Positions 37,301 through 45,084 of a stretch of DNA of 45,084 nt are shown one piece after another. The position numbers and the translations under genes are program-made. The notes below the pieces were generated by a model that searched no databases, was not told where the DNA came from, and saw only the letters and a program-made list of their open reading frames with translations. Every line of letters begins with the position of its first letter. Position 1 is the first letter of the stretch. Source of the DNA: Spongospora subterranea f. sp. subterranea (lineage: Eukaryota). The DNA lies in assembly GCA_049724395.1 (NCBI GenBank), contig JAUGWO010000049.1, positions 124,001 through 169,084 of the forward strand, read 5' to 3'.

Positions 37301-38469
37301 ATTTGTGAACGTAGTTTGGAACTGTTTGATCTGATCCAATGTTTCGGAAACGCCTGTTGCGTTGATTAGATTAAGAAAACTTTTGCAAACCTATGAAAAA
37401 AATACCTGGCAGTGTAATACCTAGTTCCTTCAAAATCTCCCTGCGAAAGTAGGCGACCCTGCCTTTGTTCCCGAAAGCTGGCGAAATGTGCCGTATTGAT
37501 TCGGTGGACGGACCCGGAGCTCCAACGATCAGCTGCATCGCCGTTTTGTTGGGCGCAGCGGAAATAATGTCAACGAGCTTCGCCTTCGTGTACACATCCG
37601 GCTTGTTCGTATGTGGGACATCATGTTTGTGAATGCCATGATGCAAGATAATGCACCGGTCTTTCAACCAGTGATGAACCCACAAAACCTTGCATTCGCA
37701 TTTGACATGCTCAAGGTCCATTAAGCAATTCTGACAAACACTATAGAGCAAGGAGTTATTTTAGCCTATTCGCAAGTGTAAAACGAACCTCTGTATGATC
37801 AGTGATGGCTTATTCTGATTGGGCCGTTTGATAACTTGGCACTCGCTGTTGGAACAGCGGATAAGGCCCGCACAAACTTTGTATTGCAGAGTTATGGCAA
37901 CATCATTGGTTTTGGGATTAAGTAATTTCTTAGATTTTGTGCAGCGAAACTGCCAATGGCTGTATCGCTGCATCAAATTCGCTTTTTCCGACATCCGTTC
38001 GAACCTATAACTGCATTCACCGCTGATAGCCAGTGGAACGCCATCTTTGTCCAGCTGGTGCTCACTACTGTTGACAGGTGAATATGCGAAGTCCTGTTCT
38101 TCGAAATCACACTCTTGCCAATCCATTCGCTTCACCATGACGAGAACTGAAATGCGGACATCACGAGGTATTCCCTTCGCCAGATTTTAGTCCGCGCAAA
38201 ATGTGATATTCCACGTGACGCAGTTTCTAGGCCAGTATGTGCGGCCAGCTTTTGCAGGTTTTGGCCAGCTAGTGCGGCCAGTGAATTCTGTTACACCCTA
38301 GTTAGGGTGTGAATTAACTGGCCGCAATCGCTGGCCTACTTTGATCAATCAGGCCAGTGAATGCGGCCAGTTAATTCACACCCTACCAGCGGCCTACAGA
38401 AAACACTGGCCGCACTAACTGGCCAAGAAACTGCGGCCAGTTAGTGCGGCCAGTGTTTTCTGTAGGCCC
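34386..38469 (-). mobile_element. Mutator-like (MULE) DNA transposon with ~220-bp TIRs and 9-bp TSD
   Basis: TSD CTATTGTAC at 34377-34385 and 38470-38478; TIRs 34386-34606 / 38250-38469 are near-identical beyond the first ~14 bp; both ends start GGGC. Confidence 0.95.
34913..38138 (-). CDS. Multi-exon transposase: GCM-like domain + MULE DDE + USP-like (peptidase C19) domain
   Basis: In-frame GT-AG introns at 37741-37788, 37354-37405, 37174-37229, 36786-36833, 36505-36548 and 36179-36230, plus about three more downstream. Motifs: W.FRCT..KVCAG..C..C..RP..CQNC..C..GIHKH; SDVT, MDYSKAQ, GCEVHF, TNPIEAMH; NNTCY, GSHF, WYYYND. Confidence 0.85.
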
Positions 38470-38606
38470 CTATTGTACGTGTAGATTACGGCAGTAACGA
38501 ATTCTACACGGTAACAACCCAACCTTTTGAGTCGGTTTTTATGACTTTTTTTTTGAATAAAATGACGGTCTGTGTGCTAGTGTTCCAGTACCAAGTCCTA
38601 GGAGTA

Positions 38607-39637
38607 CTAATCGATGATGTCGTGGAAGCCGGATGGACGACGGGGCTGTCGTATCATTTCAAACCGAGTGCATGCCATTTTTGAGCGTTGCGGACAACGA
38701 CATTCCAAAGAAGCCGAATTAGGCTGGAGCAGCTGGTTTTGAGAAGAGTTTATAGCGGCGCAGACGAGAAAATGGAATAATGTGACCGCTTTATCCAAAA
38801 TTATGAAGCGTTTGTTTGTGTCTATCAACCGTTTCAGCTCGTCCTTCTCCTCAGCGCTCAGCAACGGCATGCACTCGCATTTCAAATGGTACGACAGCCC
38901 AGCCGTCCATCCCTTTGCGAGGTTCGTCTTCATTGTAGCAGAGCACGGCAAATGAACCAGCACCTCGTGATGCGTAATGCAGATGGACTTTGAAGGCAAA
39001 GGAAGTGCACCTTTCGCTTTGTGTCTTCTTGGGATGCCTGAACGCTCCGAAAACTCGCATCCACGCCTGGGGCATTGATATAAACCGAGGCATGACTTCA
39101 AGTGTGTAACACGCCGATTCGATCGGTTTCCTCCATATATCAACATTGCCCAGCCGACACCCCGGGCTTCGCGCGAACTACAACTTTCGGACAAAGGGAC
39201 CGAATAGTGCACGTCTCCATTCGGATATTCGGGAGAGCTGAGGAGAGGGTCTTTACGTTTGGCTGTTGCAACTGCCAATTGTTCATCTGCAGACAGATAC
39301 GTTAAGCTAAATTGATCTAGCACGGTTTCGACGTCTCTTCAAACATACTCGAATTTGCATCAGAATTTGATAGCGGATCTGAAGTAAAGTTGAACTTATG
39401 TGTCTCTTCTTCTGCAATGGATTGGGGGGGCGATTTGCAAGACGCATCCTGCGGCGACTTCGGTGGTGAAGTATCTTTGTATAAAAAAGCGTTGGGCATG
39501 GGCTGTGGATACGAGGGGGCCAGAAGCTCATCCGTCAGCGATGTATCGACACGATCGCCGTTAACCATTGTAAGCGACAGCAATGCCTTGCACCCGTTTA
39601 CCAGGAACCTTTGGAGCTCGGTCATTCTATCGAGCAA
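38607..39637 (-). pseudogene. GCM-domain protein, no DDE core visible
   Basis: EYPNGDVHY...GWAM...HLKSCLGLYQC...C...C..H..LVHLPC parallels the GCM consensus EWPDG, GWAMRNT, KKSCLG; domain breaks off near 38930. Confidence 0.78.
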
Positions 39638-39717
39638 TAAAAAGACGTTAATATATAGGAAAATGGATCTTTAAGATCGCCAAGGTTGAGTCAAGTCTCA
39701 ACGGGGTGACCATTGAA

Positions 39718-39942
39718 AAAAGCTAGGGTTTGGGTTGTTACCGTGTAGTAAAAGCTAGGGTTTGGGTTGTTACCGTGTAGTAAAAGCTAGGGTTTGGGTT
39801 GTTACCGTGTAGTAAAAGCTAGGGTTTGGGTTGTTACCGTGTAGTAAAAGCTAGGGTTTGGGTTGTTACCGTGTAGTAAAAGCTAGGGTTTGGGTGGTTA
39901 CCGTGTAGTAAAAGCTAGGGTTTGGGTTGTTACCGTGTAGTA
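39718..39942. repeat. 7 x 32-bp tandem repeat AAAAGCTAGGGTTTGGGTTGTTACCGTGTAGT
   Basis: Direct count; only one substitution (unit 6). Confidence 0.97.
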
Positions 39943-40860
39943 CGCAGTTTTAAACTGCGTGGGTTGTTATTGGGTGGGTAACAACTAAATTCGTACAGCT
40001 CGTAGAGTACTACTGTACTATTTACCGCAGCCTCTTTCAAGGCGCATCTTTTTTGCTATAACACAGTTTGGCCTCTACTCCACTTGAAAGGCCCATAATT
40101 TGTCGACCGCACCGCAGGCCGCCGCTCTGAGTGTCAAATTTCAATAAATCCGAAGTGCAGATGCTTGGTGCAGCTTTTACATTTCGGTCCGCGTGGTTGT
40201 TATGTTACGCATCTCGTTGTCGATTTTTGATCAATTCAGACGAAGCCATTTTAAAATGTGCATAGCCTAGTATCTTGTCATCGTCGGAACTACAAAGGGA
40301 CATCTTTCCCTTTCACCCAAACCGAGGAAAGGACGGCAATGTGTTGATACAAAAATCGTTAATTGCGTTTTTTTCTTGCGAAAATCGTTAATTTGCGTTT
40401 TTTTCTTGCAACCATGTCAACAATGTTCATAAGTGTTACGAGTCGACAGTATACTGAAATGTTGAATGGGTTAGTCGCGATTGCTCTTAACTGCTGGCTT
40501 CATGTTTTTCAAATAAGCTTTAGAGTTGTTAAAACCCACTTGAGGCTCATATCACTAACTGTGGAATCGAAACGGCTATCAGAATATTTGACTGCGTTGA
40601 TCAATAAGCTGGATAAAGACATTCTTTGTTATGCATGCCAGGGATATATGGATGAATATGTTGTGGTAGGTTTTGGTACCGGTACTGAAGAATTAGCCTC
40701 ACGGTTGTCAATCAGAAGCTTTCGTTGCACCATATGCGATTATTCAAAGTAATGACCAAAGCCAAGGGTCAATGGATTCTTGACGCAACGAGCATTGAAG
40801 CCGCAGCGAATCGTGGGCAATTGGTCTGGCAGGACGCTATGATTACATATTGGCCTGGCC

Positions 40861-41536
40861 GTGATCGAGCACTCATGGCTTTGCAGTAAGTACCTCAATG
40901 CCACCTTATCGACAAGGTGGCATGTAAGGACGTCCTTACACTTATTGCTATCACATCCTAGGAATGTCCTGGACAGTCTCACCTTGCGACTAGAGACCCG
41001 CCGTGCCAAGCTTCTCTACCAGCTTCAGCTCATGTATCCCATTGCTATACCCACTAATGATTCATCTGCTCCCACCCAATCCTATTCCATTCGGGATCTA
41101 CACTTGCCTGCTGTTGATTCTTACGCCTCAGTCGACGACGACATCATCTCGTGTGCGCTTGGATATTGCTGCCACCTCGTTTTGATGATTGCCAAGTACA
41201 TGGCGGTAACCTGAACTTTACATTTTCCATAGATTATAATTACTATTCCGCTTGCCAGATACCATTACGATATAGAATTATATACCGGTGTTCGCGTTCG
41301 TTGATATCGAAAGAGATATCGTCTATTCAAGGGTCAGCAGATTATCCTCTGTATATGTCAAAGGAATACCCCGGAGTAGGTTCAATTCTGGGGTCATACT
41401 TCTGAATCGACTCGTTGAACAGGTAAGGCATGTCTTGAAGGCTGACGTTTTTGATTATATTTTCATACAGATACTCGCGAGTAGAGGCCTCGGTCAGTTT
41501 CATCGCCAACTAGAATTAGGAAGTCCTCGTCAGTAA
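40861..41536 (+). pseudogene. UVRAG/VPS38-like (Atg14/UVRAG family) C-terminal exons; 5' part unresolved, one frameshift
   Basis: RRAKLLYQLQLMYPI..SIRDLHLP..ISCALGYCCHLVLMIAKYM[intron]IPLRYRI..SRSLI..YPLY..RFNSGVILLN..EQ[intron]IL. Confidence 0.75.
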
Positions 41537-42949
41537 GTTTTTTTTCTCCAAAATATAAACCGACATATCATATAAAATATTGCAGGACCTTAAATAGTAT
41601 AGCGCTGTACTTCAAAAAAGAATTACAAGACTGCGGGTTTCTGTCCAACGGTTTCCCTTCATAAAGAAGTTACCCTTTAGTTGTACCATGGATCGCTAAG
41701 ATGAAACCTCAGCATTTTTTGTCAATGACAATATGGGGGCTACTGAAATTCTCCAAACCAGTAAACCATGTAACAACGTAACCATCACAACTTTCGAACT
41801 TCTTCCAACAAAGGAAAGGTTCGTACTTACTAACTGCAAGTGTCTGAGCCCTTCAACTTGGTCGCTGAAGCGGTTTCACTACCGCCCGTATTGATGAGTC
41901 TTAGTTTTGCATTTTTGACAATACAGTTACATGTTGTGCAAATCTGATTCAGATAAAACCTTCGCAGACGAGTATATTTGGCAAATGGACGTGTTTTAAT
42001 GTTTCTACAAACGTGCTATTTGCCTCGTCGTGCGCCTGGTTTGTACTTTTGCATAAACTTGATTACCGTAAACCATAAAATAACTCCACAAGCTTTTTCC
42101 ATGTCACTTTCGTGACGAGTGTGATTGTGGGCAATCAAAAATCAAACTCGTCAACATCGAAGTCATCAATTGACCATGTAGAACGAGCGCGCCGCGTTTG
42201 TCGCAGTGGGAAGTTAGAGGCAGACATGACAAAGTGTGAGGGTACTCGTCTGCTTAAGATGATACGAAGTGGGAGCAATGATGAATATTGAGACAGAGTC
42301 TATTAAAAGAATGAATCACATATCAAATCTCACCTCGCCATGGGTCGCCACGATTTCGTCACGCCTGAGTTGAGGTACGAGGATTGACGCAACTCATTCC
42401 AAGGGATAAGAGTCACCAAGCTCCAGCAACAAATTCTGATTAACATTTCGTTCCGTCTTGTAAACCTGTTCATTCCCTTCGCAGACGGACGCGTGACGTA
42501 TCACTCCTTGATTATTGACTCTTGAGGTGCACTGTATGCTGTTAAGATTTGTCTTCCACACTTTAAAAAAGGGAACTGCTGGTGATGATATTTTGTCTTG
42601 AGTATATGATCTAGCACCCCTTTTTTTGATGCTGTCACAGAAACACGGAGGGTAACGTTGACCGCTTGGTTGCCATTGTCGAAACAGATGAAAGAGTAAA
42701 TATAAGATTCGTTGTAAAAGGGTGCAAAAACATGTTCAGAATTTGTTGCAACTATTTGCAAACGGGGTATACACAAAGAGAAATAAATTTTTTTCAAAAA
42801 ACATACTCCCTCTGTTCGGAAATAAGAGTCCCTTACAAATTTATTTTTGTTGGGAAATAAGAGTCCCTTTTCCTGGGACACTCAGTGAATTACACGTCTT
42901 TAACTATCTGAAACGATTGTTTTTCCTTTTCTTCGTGCGAAATCTGCAT

Positions 42950-44460
42950 CAATGATAAGACCAGACATAATGATCGCCAAGTGGTTGCGTTTCACATTCC
43001 GCCTTCATTTGCGGAAGTCTAAGATACTACTTACATCAACTGACGACCCTAAGCCAACTAGTTTCATACAATGCAAGGACAAAACAACTTTTAAGCTTAC
43101 ATTCGCTAACCACAACGATTCAGCAGAAACATTGCACAAAGGATACATACGGGTTTTTGGCTCCAAATACCCAGTGGCGAAACCCGAAGTCAGAACCAGC
43201 AACGTATGTAATGCATGCCAGCGGATCAACTGTCAAAAGCAACATTGCACAACCTTCCGGTGCGCGGTCTGCTGTGGACCCTACCGAAGCAAATTGTGCA
43301 CTGCAGATGCAACCAAGCAGAACAAGTGTGCTACTTGCGACGCGCAAGGCAATCTGGCCAAATCCTGCCCATTCAAGCAATTACAAATCAAAAAATAAAC
43401 ATACTCAATCCAATAACATGTACACAAAATACTATTTCAAGCTCTCTGTCGGCACACCAACTGCGGTAAAGGAAAACGTGATCAAATGATCTCAATCAAC
43501 ATCCCTAATTATCACCAGGAAAATGATAAACGTGCCGACAGTTTGAAGGTGCAAATAAAGGGCCCGCTTCATCTAGAACTCGCGTCATGCACTTACAAAC
43601 ACAGACTCAATCACTAAAACAATAATCACGCAAAAAGCAAACCAACAGAGCAGGTTTAACAGTTAATACAACATAACAATCAATTCTACCCAACCTGCTT
43701 GATTCAAATCTATAATCAGAATTACATATTCAAAGACGTGCTCGGAATAGAAAACTGTGCTCTGAAAGCGATCCGAACATCAGGGGCCATTCCGAACACG
43801 TCTGTCCAGCAACTGAGAGAGGATATTTGTCAATACGCCAGAAATCCACAGCAAGGGCGGACTGTAGCACATGCCATATTGAACTATGCAGGATCATTGC
43901 CAATTTATGACGATATTTCACTGGATGAATACCTAGACATAAAGCAGGAAGATTGTCAAATATGGGCTGGACTCTTCGAGCTCACGATAGCGTCATTCAT
44001 GTTCAGAATCAACATTATCATAATAAGCAATTCAACAAAGCCGTTTAGCACAAATATCCGGAAATGGATTGATAATTCCTTTCCAAAACTACGAGATAGC
44101 ACGGAATGGAATACAACAATACACCTACTGCATCATAAACAGGGGAACCCATTGAACCCAATGGAACACAGCCGGCTCAACCACTATGCAACTTTGTTTC
44201 CGATAAATATGGACGTTCGAAACTCAAACTCGAATGACCTGATGACAGAAGAACAATGTGAGCAGTACATCTCTTACTAAAAAGAGAATGCCACTACTCA
44301 CAACGGCACACAAAAACCAGACCCAACCATCGAAGAACTCAGCAAACATAACTCCAATTTCACTCACATAAACGATGGATCACCAAACAGTGACTGTAAA
44401 TAGCATGAAAGACACAAGCAAAATTAGGCTCACATCCAATAGAAGCAAAAAACGACTCAT
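42950..44460 (+). mobile_element. Second LINE copy, truncated at both ends: ORF1 zinc-knuckle region plus OTU domain
   Basis: CNAC, CAVCCG, CATC knuckles; 43718-44460 is colinear with ~6372-7170. Confidence 0.88.
43699..44280 (+). CDS. OTU-like protease domain (LINE copy 2)
   Basis: DVLGIENCALKAI...WAGLFEL...NHY; protein very similar to 6385-7047. Confidence 0.78.
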   Translation: MIQIYNQNYIFKDVLGIENCALKAIRTSGAIPNTSVQQLREDICQYARNPQQGRTVAHAILNYAGSLPIYDDISLDEYLDIKQEDCQIWAGLFELTIASFMFRINIIIISNSTKPFSTNIRKWIDNSFPKLRDSTEWNTTIHLLHHKQGNPLNPMEHSRLNHYATLFPINMDVRNSNSNDLMTEEQCEQYISY

Positions 44461-45084
44461 TCCGGGCTCCGCTCCCTTTTTAATATCAATGGCAGGAAAA
44501 TGGTGTATCGCAGCAAATATTCAAATTCGTCGTATTATCGATGCAGTCGGTGGCGGTCATCATCGCGGCAGGTGCCACGCCCGGGGACGGCTGAGCTCCT
44601 GGCATCTGGAGCGATACGAGAATTGACGCCTCATTCCTGCAATCCTCACAATGAAGTTCCAGGTCATGGTCAACGAGTCGATGCCACTCAGGAGGTCTCA
44701 ACATTCGTCCCGCCAAAACTTCATATTTCGTTTACCTATCCTGTAGATGCGCTCGCTGATCTATGCCATCGCTATTCGGGATGGTGCACAACCTGCACGC
44801 ATGGTTTGGGAAGAAGCATCACGCATCATCACGCGACGATATCTGGACGACCGATTACGTGCATGACCCGAAGCGCATGTCTCAACCGGGTTCACTATAT
44901 ACGGACGGGAGGGTCCTCGTCTGACCAGTTTCGAACGATTGACACCCCAGAGATGGCTTCAACGTCATATCGGATGAATTTCTTTTTGGGCTATATTACC
45001 CCAGTTTTTGAGGAAACGGTCAAACACAATATTGGGTTGTGGGGACATCCGGCCCTTTTTAACATGCTCAAACGCTCCCATATC

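Larger units (their letters stand above)
38479..39985 (-). mobile_element. Second GCM-domain element (probable deleted MULE); ends approximate
   Basis: Motif CTACACGGTAACAACCCAA at 38504-38522 is the inverse of the 32-bp repeats at the other end; a GCM ORF lies between them. Confidence 0.6.

Noticed and set aside
39718..39942. True telomere or CRISPR array
   Set aside because: The unit is 32 bp, interstitial and spacerless, and it has an inverted counterpart at 38504, which fits a TE subterminal repeat better.
40352..40409. ~29-bp direct duplication AAAATCGTTAATT(T)GCGTTTTTTTCTTGC
   Set aside because: A simple local duplication with no further structure.
41700..42900. Minus-strand host gene (ORF 42501-42881 and nearby pieces)
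   Set aside because: Splice-like signals are present, but there are stops and no identifiable homology.
44460..45084. Gene or transposase start at the window end
   Set aside because: Frames are interrupted and show no diagnostic motif.

Overview
Eukaryotic, almost entirely transposon-derived region; the short (~45-55 bp) GT-AG introns and TE types suggest a microbial eukaryote such as an oomycete, phytomyxid or fungus, but the taxon cannot be determined from sequence alone. It opens with a 77-bp satellite, followed by a nested stack of elements: Gypsy/chromovirus and Copia LTR retrotransposons, an RNase H-bearing LINE family with an OTU-protease domain (two OTU-bearing copies plus a fragment), a truncated hAT, two TA-targeting IS630-Tc1-mariner elements with a very long D-E spacer, and six pieces of two SINE families that share a head but have different tails. 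The standout is an apparently near-intact Mutator-like element (34386-38469; 9-bp TSD; ~220-bp TIRs built from nested palindromes). Its intron-rich gene encodes a GCM-like DNA-binding domain, a DDE transposase and a C-terminal USP-like (peptidase C19) domain. A second, deleted GCM-domain element follows it. The only recognisable host gene is a partial, frameshifted UVRAG/VPS38-like sequence. All domain calls are by-eye motif recognition; no searches were run.
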